From Gammaproteobacteria bacterium (GTDB lineage: Bacteria > Pseudomonadota > Gammaproteobacteria > Eutrophobiales > Eutrophobiaceae), in the NCBI GenBank assembly GCA_965222155.1, contig CBDCTH010000012.1, forward strand, positions 2,688,001-2,752,000: DNA of 64,000 bases. Direction: 5' to 3'. Below, one piece after another: positions 31,201 through 43,109 of this stretch (the first letter of the stretch is position 1; every line of letters begins with the position of its first letter). A program made the translations under genes and the position numbers. The notes beneath the pieces were generated by a model. That model had not been told where the DNA came from and did not search any database. It saw nothing but the letters and a program-made list of their open reading frames with translations.

Positions 31201-34200
31201 CGCGGCTCGGCGCACGCGGATGTGCTGCGCGGGGACGACAGTGCCAACCGGCTGTGGGGGGGCGCCGGGGCTGACAAGCTGGTGGGGCTGGGTGGTCATG
31301 ACCGCTTGTATGGCGAGGCGGGCGCTGACCGCCTGTTCGGCAGCTGGGGGGACGACGTACTGGAGGGCGGCGCCGGCGCAGACGTGCTGGACGGTGAAGG
31401 CGGTACCGACACGCTGTCCTATGCCGGCTCTGCGTCAGGGGTGGCGGTCAACCTGGCCAGCGGCGCCGTGTCGGGCGGGGATGCCCAGGGTGACACGATT
31501 GCCAGCGTTGAGAACGTGCTCGGCTCCGCGCAGGCCGATGTGCTGCGCGGGAACAGCAGCGCCAACCGGCTGGACGGCGGGGCCGGGGATGATACCTTAC
31601 GCGGGGCCGGCGGCGCCGACACCCTGGCCGGCGGGGCCGGGGCCGACACCGCGTCCTACACCGACTCCACGGCGGCGGTGCAGGTGGACCTGGGGACTGA
31701 CACGGCGAGCGGCGGCCATGCCCAGGGTGACACGCTCACCGGCATCGAGCACCTCAGCGGCTCGGCCCATAACGATACACTGCGCGGCGCGGCCGGCGCC
31801 AACACGCTGCGCGGGCACGGCGGTGACGACGGGCTGGCGGGCCAGGCCGGCGCGGACCGCCTGGAGGGGGGTCCCGGCGCGGACACGCTGGACGGCGGTG
31901 CCGGGTCAGACACCCTGGCCGGGGGGAGTGGGGCAGACACTTTCCGATACAGTGCGACAGCGGACTCGACCGTGGCCAACCCGGACCGCATCCTGGACTT
32001 CTCAGGCAACGGCGGCGACGGCGACCGGCTGGACTTATCCGGCCTGGGCAACGACCTGACCTTCATCGGCACAACGGCCTTCTCCAACAGTGCGGGCGAG
32101 GTGCGCTCTGTGCAGCGCGGCGCGGCCACAAGCAGCGACACCAGTGATGATTACACCGACGTACTGGTGGATGTGGACGGCAACGGCACGGCGAACGTCA
32201 AGCTCACCCTGGTCGGATTGCACAGCCTGACACTGGATGACCTGCCGGGCGTCCAGGCGCCGCCGGCCCCGGTGGTCAAGCCCCGGGACCTCGACGGCAC
32301 ACCGGGGGATGATACGTTGGTGGGCGATGACCAGGACAACGTCCTGCGCGGCCTGGCCGGGGCCGACACCCTTGAAGGCAAGGCCGGGGCCGACACCCTG
32401 GACGGGGGTACTGGCCAGGACACGGCGGCCTACACCGACTCGGACGCCGCGGTGCAGGTGGACTTACGCGCCGGGACGGCCACGGGCGGTCATGCCCAGG
32501 GCGACACCCTGACGAGCATTGAGCACCTGCGCGGCTCGGCGCACGCGGATGTGCTGCGCGGGGACGACAGTGCCAACCGGCTGTGGGGGGGCGCCGGGGA
32601 TGACAAGCTGGTGGGGCTGGGTGGTCATGACCGCTTGTATGGCGAGGCGGGTGCTGACCGCCTGTACGGCAGCTGGGGGGACGACGTACTGGAGGGTGGC
32701 GCCGGCGCAGACGTACTGGACGGTGAAGGCGGTACCGATACGCTGTCCTATGCCGGCTCGGCGTCAGGGGTGGCGGTCAACCTGGCCAGCGGTACGGTAT
32801 CGGGCGGGGATGCCCAGGGTGACACGATTGCCAGTGTTGAGAACGTGCTCGGCTCGGCGCAGGACGATGTGCTGGTCGGGAACGGCAGTGCCAACCGGCT
32901 GGATGGCGGGGCCGGGGCGGATACCTTACGCGGGGCCGGCGGCGCCGACACCCTGGCCGGGGGCGCCGGGGCCGACACCGCGTCCTACACCGACTCCACG
33001 GCGGCGGTGCAGGTGGACCTGGGGACTGACACGGCGAGCGGCGGCCATGCCCAGGGTGACACGCTCACCGGCATCGAGCACCTCAGCGGCTCGGCCCATA
33101 ACGATACACTGCGCGGCGCGCCCGGCGCCAACACGCTGCGCGGGCACGGCGGTGACGACGGGCTGGCGGGCCAGGCCGGCGCGGACCGCCTGGAGGGGGG
33201 GAGCGGCGCGGACACGCTGGACGGCGGCGCCGGGTCAGACACCCTGGCCGGGGGCAGCGGGGCGGACACCTTCCACTACAGCAACGCGGCGGACTCGACC
33301 GTAACCAACCCGGACCGGATTGTGGACTTCTCAGGCAGTAGCGGGGACGGTGACCACCTGGACTTATCCGGCCTGGGCAACGACCTGACCTTCATCGGCA
33401 CAACGGCCTTCTCCAACAGTGCGGGCGAGGTACGCTCTGTGCAGCGCGGGACGGACACGGGCAACACCGGCGATGATTACACCGACGTACTGGTGGACCT
33501 GAACGGCAACGGCACGGCGAACGTCAAAGTGACCCTGGCCGGGCTGCACAGCCTGACACTGGATGACCTGCCGGGCGTCCAGGCGCCGCCGGCCCCGGTG
33601 GTCAAGCCCCGGGACCTCGACGGCACACCGGGGGATGATACGTTGGTGGGCGATGACCAGGACAACATACTGCGCGGCCTGGCCGGCAACGACGTCCTTG
33701 AAGGCAAGGCCGGGGCCGACACCCTGGACGGGGGCAGCGGGGCGGACACGGCGGCCTACACCGACTCAGACGCCGCGGTGCAGGTGGACTTGGACGTCGG
33801 GACGGCCACGGGCGGTCATGCCCAGGGCGACACCCTGACGAGCATTGAGCACCTGCGCGGCTCGGCGCACGCGGACGAGTTACGCGGGGACGACGGCGCC
33901 AACCGGTTGTGGGGCGGCGCCGGGGCGGACAAGCTGGTGGGGCTGTCAGGTAATGACCGCTTGTATGGCGAGGCGGGCGCTGACCGCCTGTATGGCAGCT
34001 GGGGAGACGACGTACTGGCCGGTGGCGCCGGCGCAGACGTGCTGGACGGTGAAGGCGGTACCGACACGCTGTCCTATGCCGGCTCTGCGTCAGGAGTGGC
34101 AGTCAACCTGGCTACCGGTGCGGTATCGGGGGGTGATGCCCAAGGTGACACGATTGCCAGTGTTGAGAACGTGCTCGGCTCGGCGCAGGCCGATGTGCTG

Positions 34201-37040
34201 GTCGGGAACGGCAGCGCCAACCGGCTGGACGGCGGGGCCGGGGCGGATACCTTACGCGGGGGCGGCGGCGCCGACACCCTGGCCGGCGGGGCCGGGGCCG
34301 ACACCGCGTCCTACACCGACTCCACGGCGGCGGTGCAGGTGGACCTGGGAACTGACACGGCGAGCGGCGGCCATGCCCAGGGTGACACGCTCACCGGCAT
34401 CGAGCACCTCAGCGGCTCGGCCCATAACGATACACTGCGCGGCGCGGGCGGCGCCAACACGCTGCGCGGGCACGGCGGTGACGACGTACTGGCGGGCCAG
34501 GCCGGTGCGGACCGCTTGGAGGGGGGTCCCGGGGCGGACACGCTGGACGGCGGCGCCGGGTCAGACACCCTGACCGGGGGCAGCGGGGCGGACACCTTCC
34601 AATACAGTGCCGCGACGGACTCGACCGTAACCAACCCGGACCGGATTGTGGACTTCTCAGGCAGTGGCGGGGACGGTGACCACCTGGACCTGTCCGGCCT
34701 GGGCAACGACCTGACGTTTATCGGGACAACGGCCTTCTCCAACAGTGCGGGCGAGGTACGCTCTGTGCAGCGCGGCGCGGACACAAGCAGTAACACCAGC
34801 GATGATTACACCGACGTGCTGGTTGATGTGGACGGCGACGGTACGGCGAACGTCAAGCTCACCCTGGTCGGATTACACAGCCTGACACTGGATGACCTGC
34901 CGGGCGTCCAGGCGCCGCCGGCCCCGGTGGTCAAGCCCCGGGACATCGACGGCACACCGGGGATGATACGTTGGTGGGCGATGACCAGGCCAACGTCCTG
35001 CGCGGCCTGGCCGGGAACGACGTGCTAGACGGCCAGGCCGGGGCCGACACCCTGGACGGGGGCAGCGGGGCGGACACCGCGGCCTACACCGACTCGGACG
35101 CCGCGGTGCAGGTGGACTTGGACGTCGGGACGGCCACGGGCGGCCATGCCCAGGGCGACACCCTGACGAGCATTGAGCACCTGCGCGGCTCCGCGCACGC
35201 GGATGTGCTGCGCGGGGACGACAGTGCCAACCGGCTGTGGGGCGGCGCCGGGGATGACAAGCTGGTGGGACTGGGTGGTAGTGACTGGCTGTATGGCGAG
35301 GCGGGCGCTGACCGCCTGTACGGCAGCTGGGGGGACGACGTGCTGGCCGGCGGCGCCGGCGCGGACGTCCTGGACGGTGAAGGCGGTACCGACACGCTGT
35401 CCTATGCCGGCTCGGCGTCAGGGGTGGCGGTCAACCTGGCTACCGGCACGGTATCGGGCGGGGATGCCCAGGGTGACACGATTGCCAGCGTTGAGAACGT
35501 GCTCGGCTCGGCGCAGGCCGATGTGCTGGTCGGGAACGGCAGCGCCAACCGGCTGGACGGCGGTGCCGGGGATGATACCTTACGCGGGGCCGGCGGCGCC
35601 GACACCCTGACAGGCGGGGCCGGGGCGGACACCTTTCAATACAAGGCGGCGGCGGACTCGACCGTGGCCAACCCGGACCGCATCCTGGACTTCTCAGGCA
35701 ACGGCGGGGACGGTGACCAACTGGACCTGTCCGGCCTGGGCAACAACCTGACGTTTATCGGCACAACGGCCTTCTCCAACAGTGCGGGCGAGGTGCGCTA
35801 CGTGCAGCGCGGCGCGGGCACAAGCAGCGACACCAGTGATGATTACACCGACGTACTGGTGGACCTGGACGGCAACGGTACAGCGAACGTCAAGCTCACC
35901 CTGGTCGGATTACACAGCCTGACACTGGATGACCTGCGGGGGGTGCGCGCCGCGCCCCCTGCACCGGCCGACCCCCCTGCGCCCCCGCCCGAGCCGAGTG
36001 GGCCGGCGCCTATTGTCGGGACAGCGGGTAACGATGCCTTGCACGGGGATGCCCAGGACAACGTGCTGCGCGGCCTGGCCGGCAAGGACGTCCTGGCCGG
36101 TCAGGGCGGCGCCGACACCCTGGACGGGGGCAGCGGGGAGGACACCGCGGCCTACACCGACTCGGACGCCGGGGTGCGGGTGGACCTGGGCCGCGGCACG
36201 GCGAGCGGCGGCCATGCCGACGGTGACACGTTCATCAGCATCGAGCATGTCATCGGCTCGGCCCATGGCGATACGCTGCGCGGCGATGCCGGCGACAACA
36301 CGCTGCGCGGGCGGGCCGGCGACGATACCCTGGCCGGCAACGGCGGGCGCGACGTGCTGGACGGCGGCGCCGGCAATGACACGCTGGCCGGCGGCGCCGG
36401 GGCGGACCTCATCTACGGCAGTGGCGGCGCCGACGTGCTGGACGGCGGGACCCATCACGACCTGGTGTCGTATGCGCACTCACCCGCCGGGGTGCGGGTG
36501 GACGTGCAGCTCGGCACCGGCGCCGGCGGGGATGCCGAGGGCGACACGCTCACCGGCATCGAGAGCGTCATCGGCTCGGCGCACGACGACGAGCTCCGAG
36601 GCGACTACGGCACCAACCAGCTGAACGGCCTGGCCGGTAACGACCGGTTGGTAGGGGGCGCCGGGCGCGACGTGCTCTACGGCGGCGCCGGCAGCGACCG
36701 GCTCAGCGGCGGGTCGGGGGCGGACATTTTCTGGTTTATCAGCGCGGCCGACTCGACCCCGGCGACCCCGGACCAGGTGCTGGATTTCTCAGGCGAGGGG
36801 GGTGACGGCGACCGGCTGTACCTGGCCCGCCTGGGCAACGACCTGGCCTTCATCGGCACGGCGGCCTTTACCGACACACCGGGGCAGGTGCGCTATAGCC
36901 AGCGCGGCGCCGGCACGGACGGCAACACCGGCGCTGACTACACCGACGTGTTGGCCGATCTGAACGGCGACGGCGCGGCCGACTTCAGGGTGATCCTGGT
37001 TGGGCTGCACAGCCTGACCGACAACGACTTTATCGTGTGA
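28294..37040 (+). CDS. second giant serralysin-like RTX protease (~2915 aa if corrected), single-base frameshift at ~34960 (RTX2)
   Basis: [16 protein letters not shown]; ORFs 28294-35028 and 34971-37040 are colinear; ccggggatgat here versus ccgggggatgat/ccgggcgatgat in sister repeats. Confidence 0.9.
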
Positions 37041-37134
37041 GCCGGGTCCGGCAGCCGTTAACCTGACTTGCACTGCAGTCGTGGTCCGCTTCAGCCCATT
37101 GGAACCGTGAAAAAACGACCGGGGCAACCCGGTT

Positions 37135-37255
37135 CATTTCCTTATGGGGAATACCGATAATATCAATCTCATTGTCACGAATGAGATAAAACACACGATG
37201 GGAGCCTTGTGGGAAACAATAATACCCCTCAAATATCAGGGCGATGTTTGCCCAT
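37135..37255 (-). pseudogene. ParE/RelE-family toxin 3' fragment
   Basis: GKHRPDI (frameshift) EGYYCFPQGSHRVFYLIRDNEIDIIGIPHKEM resembles a ParE C-terminal half. Confidence 0.7.
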
Positions 37256-37339
37256 ACATCGTTATCGGCGCCATTACCGACCCGGCCATTCCGGCAATGC
37301 AATATACCGCCGAAGCCGGGTGGCAGAGATCTCTGCGGT

Positions 37340-38782
37340 TTACGATAGTCGCTCCGACAGCAGTTGGTTGACCTGTTTCGGGTTGGCCTTGCCTTTGGAT
37401 TTTTTCATTACCTGCCCCACGAAGTAGCCGATCATTTTCTCCCGTTTATCCGCTGCGGCGTTGTGGTATTGTTGCACTTGAGCGCTGTTTTCGGCGATGA
37501 CCGCATCCACCAGCAATCCTATTTCAGCGCTGTCGGTAAGCTGTTTCAGCCCCTGTTTTTCAATGATGTCATCGACATTGCCCTCTCCCTGCCATAGGGC
37601 TTCAAACACCTGTTTTGCGATTTTGTTTGAGATGGTGCCGTCGGCAATGCGCTTTATCAGTCCAGCCAGCCTTGCCGCACTGACCTTGCTGGCATTGATG
37701 CCGATATTTTCCCGATTCAAGGCGGCGCCCAACTCGCCCATAATCCAGTTTGCAACCAGCTTGGCTTCACCCTGAGTGGTGGTTACGGCAGCCTCAAAAT
37801 AATCGGCAGTGTCCTTGTTCGCGACCAGATAGCCGCTGTCATATTCCGACAAGCCGAAATCTACCACGAACCGCTGTTGTTTTTGTTCCGGCAACTCCGG
37901 CAGTTGCTGCCTGACAGCTTCGATGTAGTCATTATCAATCACTACAGGGGGCAGATCCGGGTCGGGGAAGTAGCGGTAATCGTTCGCTTCTTCCTTGCCC
38001 CGCATCGAACGGGTTTCATTTTTACCCGAGTCGAACAAGCGGGTTTCCTGCACCACCTCATTACCGGATTCGACAAGGTTGATTTGCCTGCTGATTTCAT
38101 AATTTATTGCCTGCTCAACAAAGCGGAAGGAATTGATATTCTTTATTTCTGCGCGGGTTCCCAACCTGGTTTCACCTTCGGGCCTGATCGAAATGTTCGC
38201 ATCACAGCGGAATGAGCCCTCCTGCATGTTCCCGTCGGAGATCTCCAGGTAACGAACCAGGGAATGGATTTTTTTCATCAGCACGACCGCCTCCGCGGCG
38301 GACCGCAACTCCGGTTCGGATACGATCTCGATCAGTGGCGCACCGGCCCGATTCAGGTCAATCGCGGTAAAACCGGCAAAACCCTCATGGATGGATTTAC
38401 CGGCGTCTTCTTCCAGGTGCGCCCGGGTGATACCGATTTCCCTGGTTGTGCCGTCATACTGAATTTGTATTTTACCCGAGCTTACGATCGGCAATTCATA
38501 CTGGCTGATCTGGTAGCCTTTGGGCAGGTCCGGGTAAAAATAATTTTTTCTTGCAAAGACGGACCGTTTTGCAATAACAGCATCGATCGCGAGGCCGAAT
38601 TTGACCGCCATCCGTATCACTTCCTTGTTGATGACCGGCAACACGCCGGGAAGTCCCAGGTCAACGGCACATGCCAGGGTGTTCGCGGTTGCTCCAAACC
38701 GATTGGCTGCACCCGAGAATATTTTACTCCGGGTGGCCAGCTGCACGTGCATTTCAAGGCCGATGACGGATTCCCATTGCAT
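37340..38782 (-). CDS. gatB: Asp/Glu-tRNA amidotransferase subunit B
   Basis: [41 protein letters not shown]. Confidence 0.98.
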   Translation of the reverse strand: MQWESVIGLEMHVQLATRSKIFSGAANRFGATANTLACAVDLGLPGVLPVINKEVIRMAVKFGLAIDAVIAKRSVFARKNYFYPDLPKGYQISQYELPIVSSGKIQIQYDGTTREIGITRAHLEEDAGKSIHEGFAGFTAIDLNRAGAPLIEIVSEPELRSAAEAVVLMKKIHSLVRYLEISDGNMQEGSFRCDANISIRPEGETRLGTRAEIKNINSFRFVEQAINYEISRQINLVESGNEVVQETRLFDSGKNETRSMRGKEEANDYRYFPDPDLPPVVIDNDYIEAVRQQLPELPEQKQQRFVVDFGLSEYDSGYLVANKDTADYFEAAVTTTQGEAKLVANWIMGELGAALNRENIGINASKVSAARLAGLIKRIADGTISNKIAKQVFEALWQGEGNVDDIIEKQGLKQLTDSAEIGLLVDAVIAENSAQVQQYHNAAADKREKMIGYFVGQVMKKSKGKANPKQVNQLLSERLS

Positions 38783-38784
38783 GA

Positions 38785-40239
38785 TTATTGCAGGCGCTCG
38801 GGTATCTGTTTATGCCAGTCAGTCATTCGCTGATACTGATGAGCGATGTTCAACAGCCTGGCTTCATGGAAATAATTTCCGATAATCTGCATGCCTATCG
38901 GCAGGCCATTACTGAACCCGGCCGGGATTGAAATGGCCGGCAATCCGGCAAGATTGACGGATACGGTATATATATCGGACAGGTACATGGATACCGGATC
39001 ATCGATTCGGGAACCCAGGGGAAACGCGGTTGACGGTGTCGTCGGCGTTATGATGACGTCAACCCGATCCAGCGCGGCGCGGAATTCATCACGCAGCAAA
39101 CGTCTCAACCGTTGCGCTTTAAGATAATAAGCATCGTAATACCCCGCTGACAACACATAAGTCCCGATCATTATCCTGCGCTTGACCTCATTGCCGAAAC
39201 CTTCGCCGCGGGTGCGGGAAAACAGGTCGTTGATATCCTCAGGATCAGCGCAACGATGGCCGAAGCGCACGCCGTCATAACGGGACAGGTTTGACGAACA
39301 TTCAGCCGAGGCTATCACGTAGTAGACCGGGATGGACAATTCGGTGTGGGGTAATTCGATATCGATAATCGATGCGCCCGCCTGTTCAAGTAAATTCAAC
39401 GCGGCAGTGAGCGCGTCCGTAACAGGCTGTTCCAGTTGGTGGGAAAAGTATTCCCTGGGCAGACCGATTTTCAGCCCCTTGATTTCATTGTTCAGCACAT
39501 CCAGGTAATTATCGACCTGGACATTGGCGCTGGTTGCGTCCTTCGGGTCAAACCCGGACATGGCAGCCAGCAACAAGGCCGCATCCTGTGCAGTTTGAGT
39601 GATAGGGCCGCCCTGGTCGAGGCTGGAAGCATACGCTATCATGCCATAACGGGATACACGTCCATAAGTGGGTTTCAATCCTGTCACGCCGCATAATGCC
39701 GCAGGTTGCCTGATCGAACCTCCCGTATCCGTTGCAGTTGCCGCCGGCACGACTCTGGCGCTGACCGCACAGGCAGACCCCCCTGAAGAACCGCCCGGAA
39801 CCCGGTTCATATCCCACGGATTTCTGACGGGGCCGTAAAAACTGGTTTCACTGGATGATCCCATGGCAAATTCATCCATATTGGTCTTTCCCATCATGAT
39901 GCTTCCGGCCGAGTTGAGTCTATAGGTGGCGCTGGCATCGTAGGGGGCAACGAAGTTGTCCAGCATTTTTGATGCACAACTGGTTTTGAAACCCGCAGTA
40001 CAAAAAATATCTTTGTGGGCAATGGGCAGACCTGTCAGCGGCCCTGCCCCGCCGGCGGTGATTAACCTGTCCGCTGCTCTCGCCTGCTCCAGCGCATATT
40101 CGGGAAACAGTGAAATGAAACAGTTCAGGTCGTTATTAAATTTTTCAGCCCGCTCCAAACAGGCTCCGACAAGCTCTGTACTGCTGATTTCCCGCCTGTG
40201 CAACAAGCGGGATAATTCCGCCAGCGTATATCCAAACAT
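38785..40239 (-). CDS. gatA: amidotransferase subunit A
   Basis: [34 protein letters not shown]. Confidence 0.98.
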   Translation of the reverse strand: MFGYTLAELSRLLHRREISSTELVGACLERAEKFNNDLNCFISLFPEYALEQARAADRLITAGGAGPLTGLPIAHKDIFCTAGFKTSCASKMLDNFVAPYDASATYRLNSAGSIMMGKTNMDEFAMGSSSETSFYGPVRNPWDMNRVPGGSSGGSACAVSARVVPAATATDTGGSIRQPAALCGVTGLKPTYGRVSRYGMIAYASSLDQGGPITQTAQDAALLLAAMSGFDPKDATSANVQVDNYLDVLNNEIKGLKIGLPREYFSHQLEQPVTDALTAALNLLEQAGASIIDIELPHTELSIPVYYVIASAECSSNLSRYDGVRFGHRCADPEDINDLFSRTRGEGFGNEVKRRIMIGTYVLSAGYYDAYYLKAQRLRRLLRDEFRAALDRVDVIITPTTPSTAFPLGSRIDDPVSMYLSDIYTVSVNLAGLPAISIPAGFSNGLPIGMQIIGNYFHEARLLNIAHQYQRMTDWHKQIPERLQ

Positions 40240-40267
40240 GTTAAAAACTATCTCCTTGATGGATACG

Positions 40268-40555
40268 CTATTCTATGAATTTGGGAACAATGTAATAACC
40301 GTCCTCTGTCAGGGGGGCGATTTTCTGAAAATTATCTCGCCGGTCTTCCTCATTTACCACGTCAGGCCGGAACTGAGTATCGATTTCCAGCGGATGCGCC
40401 AGCGGTTCAATAGCAGATGTGTCGACTGCCAGCATTTGTTCGACCAGAGCAAGGATATCAGCCAGATCTTTTGTATAATCGGCTATAGCCTGATCTTCTA
40501 TGGTTAACCTTGCGAGCCAGGCAATATTTCGTATCTCTTTTTTATAAAGCGGCAT
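40268..40555 (-). CDS. gatC: amidotransferase subunit C
   Basis: IAWLARL...EPLAHPL...[16 protein letters not shown]; operon position. Confidence 0.95.
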   Translation of the reverse strand: MPLYKKEIRNIAWLARLTIEDQAIADYTKDLADILALVEQMLAVDTSAIEPLAHPLEIDTQFRPDVVNEEDRRDNFQKIAPLTEDGYYIVPKFIE

Positions 40556-40659
40556 AAAAATTCTGATTTTGTTGGACTAGTGGCAATCTACCATATTTCT
40601 CGGCTTGCCCAAAATACACGCCACTGTTAAAGTTATGTTTTTTATATGAGTCGGCAGGA

Positions 40660-41709
40660 ATGTTAAACAGGTTAAGAGGATTTTTCTCAAGCGATTTGTC
40701 TATTGATCTGGGTACCGCCAATACCCTGATTTATGTGCGTGGTAAAGGTATCGTTTTAAACCAGCCTTCGGTGGTTGCCGTGGGGAAGACCGAACATGGC
40801 GCAATCAATATGAAGGCGCTCCGGGCCGTCGGCAGCGCGGCCAAGAACATGCTGGGACGTACTCCTGAGCATATCAAGGCAATCAGGCCGTTGAAGGACG
40901 GTGTGATCGCTGATTTCACCCTGACCGAAAAAATGCTGCAGTATTTTATACATTCCGTCCATGGCGACACTTTTTTCAAACCCAGTCCCAGGGTATTGAT
41001 TTGCGTACCCTGCGGCTCAACCCAGGTGGAGAAGAGGGCAATTCGCGAATCCGCCCTGGGCGCGGGCGCCAGAAAGGTGTACCTGATAGAAGAACCCATG
41101 GCTGCGGCTATGGGTGCAGGTATGCCGGTAGGTGATGCGAGCGGTTCAATGATTCTGGATATCGGCGGTGGCACAACTGAGGTTGCCGTCATTTCCCTGA
41201 ACGGCATTGTTTATTCTGCTTCGGTAAGAATCGGAGGCGATAAATTCGACGAAGCCATCATAAATTACATACGGCGAAATTACGGCACCCTGATTGGCGA
41301 AGCTACCGCCGAAAATATTAAGCAGAAGATAGGTTGCGCTTTTCCTCCGGATGAGGTCAGCGAAATGGAGATCAGGGGACGCAACCTGGCCGAGGGCATA
41401 CCCCGCGGTTTTACAATAAGCAGCAATGAAATACTGGAAGCATTGCAGGAACCGTTGTCAGGTATAGTCGATGCGGTCAAGGACGCCCTGGAAAAAACAC
41501 CCCCCGAATTAGGCTCCGATGTGGTCGAACGAGGTATTGTATTGACCGGCGGTGGCGCCTTGTTACGGGACCTCGACCAACTGTTGATGAAGGAAATTGG
41601 ATTATCTGTTATTGTTGCCGAAGATCCTTTGACCTGCGTTGTGCGCGGCGGCGGTCTTTTCCTTGAACAGCTTGACGAATTTGGTGACGAGCTCCTGGTT
41701 TTTGAATAA
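40660..41709 (+). CDS. mreB: rod shape protein MreB
   Basis: [36 protein letters not shown]. Confidence 0.98.
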   Translation: MLNRLRGFFSSDLSIDLGTANTLIYVRGKGIVLNQPSVVAVGKTEHGAINMKALRAVGSAAKNMLGRTPEHIKAIRPLKDGVIADFTLTEKMLQYFIHSVHGDTFFKPSPRVLICVPCGSTQVEKRAIRESALGAGARKVYLIEEPMAAAMGAGMPVGDASGSMILDIGGGTTEVAVISLNGIVYSASVRIGGDKFDEAIINYIRRNYGTLIGEATAENIKQKIGCAFPPDEVSEMEIRGRNLAEGIPRGFTISSNEILEALQEPLSGIVDAVKDALEKTPPELGSDVVERGIVLTGGGALLRDLDQLLMKEIGLSVIVAEDPLTCVVRGGGLFLEQLDEFGDELLVFE

Positions 41710-41732
41710 TCTCCAACGAGGAGTAGTGGTCT

Positions 41733-42587
41733 ATTAACACATTATTTGTAAAAAGCCTCTCTTCGCATGTCAAGATTATAATCTTTGTAGTGGCATCGAT
41801 AGTCTTGATGGTGGTCGATCATAAGCAAGCCCATCTCGAAATTGTTCGGAACTCCATATCGAGTGTTGTATATCCACTCCAATACGCAGCAAGTTTTACT
41901 GCTGACCTGCCCCGGCATATTTCATTACTGGTGGTAACCAGAAAAACGTTACAGGATGAGAATGAAAAGCTGCGTCGGGAACAACTACGCTTGTATTCCA
42001 AGCTGCAGCGGGTAGCAACGTTAGAGGATGAAAACCGACGCCTGAGGGCATTGCTCGAGTCATCAGTCGAGTTTTATGATCGGGTATTGGTGGCGGAACT
42101 GGTCGGTGTTGAACTGGAACCTTTCCGCCAACAGATAATAATCAATAAGGGGCTGACACACGGGGTATTCAACGGCCAGCCCGTGGTCGATTCAGGCGGT
42201 ATCATGGGCCAGACAATCCACATATCTCCGTATTCGAGCACCGTGCTGTTAATCACCGACCCGACCCATTCAATACCGGTACTGATAAATCGTAACGGTC
42301 TGCGCGCCGTCGCGGTCGGTCTTGGTCAGGACAGCGTCCTGTCATTGGAACACATCCCGATTAATGCCGACATCAAGGAGGGAGATTTAATCGTCTCATC
42401 CGGTCTTGGCAGAATATTCCCCAGTGGTTACCCGGTAGGAACCATTTCAAGCATCTCCCGTATTCCGGGGGAACTTTTTTCCAACGTGCTCGTAACACCC
42501 AGCGCAAAGTTCGGTGAGAGCAGGGAGGCATTATTACTCTGGCCGGACCAGTCAAGTAATGCAACTCCTGACGTGGCAATGAATTAA
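41733..42587 (+). CDS. mreC: rod shape protein MreC (probable ATT start)
   Basis: LEDENRRLRALL, IIINKG...GV..GQPV, SSGLG..FP.GYPVG; GAGGAG 9 nt before in-frame ATT. Confidence 0.93.
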   Translation: MNTLFVKSLSSHVKIIIFVVASIVLMVVDHKQAHLEIVRNSISSVVYPLQYAASFTADLPRHISLLVVTRKTLQDENEKLRREQLRLYSKLQRVATLEDENRRLRALLESSVEFYDRVLVAELVGVELEPFRQQIIINKGLTHGVFNGQPVVDSGGIMGQTIHISPYSSTVLLITDPTHSIPVLINRNGLRAVAVGLGQDSVLSLEHIPINADIKEGDLIVSSGLGRIFPSGYPVGTISSISRIPGELFSNVLVTPSAKFGESREALLLWPDQSSNATPDVAMN

Positions 42588-43075
42588 TGCCTTTAGTCAA
42601 ACACAACGGCGGGTGGGTAATAGTCGCCAGTTTCATTATCGCGCTGTTGCTGACTACCATTCCGCTGCCCGGATGGTTGAATGACTGGCGGCCGGCATGG
42701 GTTGCCATGATGTTGATTTACTGGTGTATCGTTTTGCCGGAACGGGTCGGTATCGGTATTGCCTGGCTACTCGGGCTTATGCTGGACGTGCATACCGGGG
42801 CACTATTGGGTCAAAACGCCCTTGGACTGTCCGTAATTGCATATCTCACACTGCGATTGCACAAGCAAATCAGGATATTTCCACCGCTGCAACAGTCCAT
42901 GCTAATCTGTTTTTACCTGTTATTGTTCCAGTTTCTTACTTTGTGGATACGCGGGATTATCGGTGTCCCCCCGCAGCATTGGACATTCTGGGCGCCGGTT
43001 GTAAGCAGTATGTTATTGTGGCCGATATTTTTCATTATCATGCGCGCTACGCGGCGCAAATATAATGTTTTTTGA
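42587..43075 (+). CDS. mreD: rod shape protein MreD
   Basis: Hydrophobic; RPAWV...YW...PERVGIG.AW. Confidence 0.95.
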   Translation: MPLVKHNGGWVIVASFIIALLLTTIPLPGWLNDWRPAWVAMMLIYWCIVLPERVGIGIAWLLGLMLDVHTGALLGQNALGLSVIAYLTLRLHKQIRIFPPLQQSMLICFYLLLFQFLTLWIRGIIGVPPQHWTFWAPVVSSMLLWPIFFIIMRATRRKYNVF

Positions 43076-43109
43076 ATGGTAACAGAGAACCTCGAATTCA
43101 CGCAGTTTA

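Noticed and set aside
15752-37040. RTX paralogs as a diversity-generating retroelement template/variable pair
   Set aside because: No reverse transcriptase in the window, and differences are not confined to adenines.
15689-37127. Many alternative-frame and antisense ORFs over the RTX genes
   Set aside because: Shadows of GC-rich Gly/Asp repeats; low complexity and repeating with the modules.
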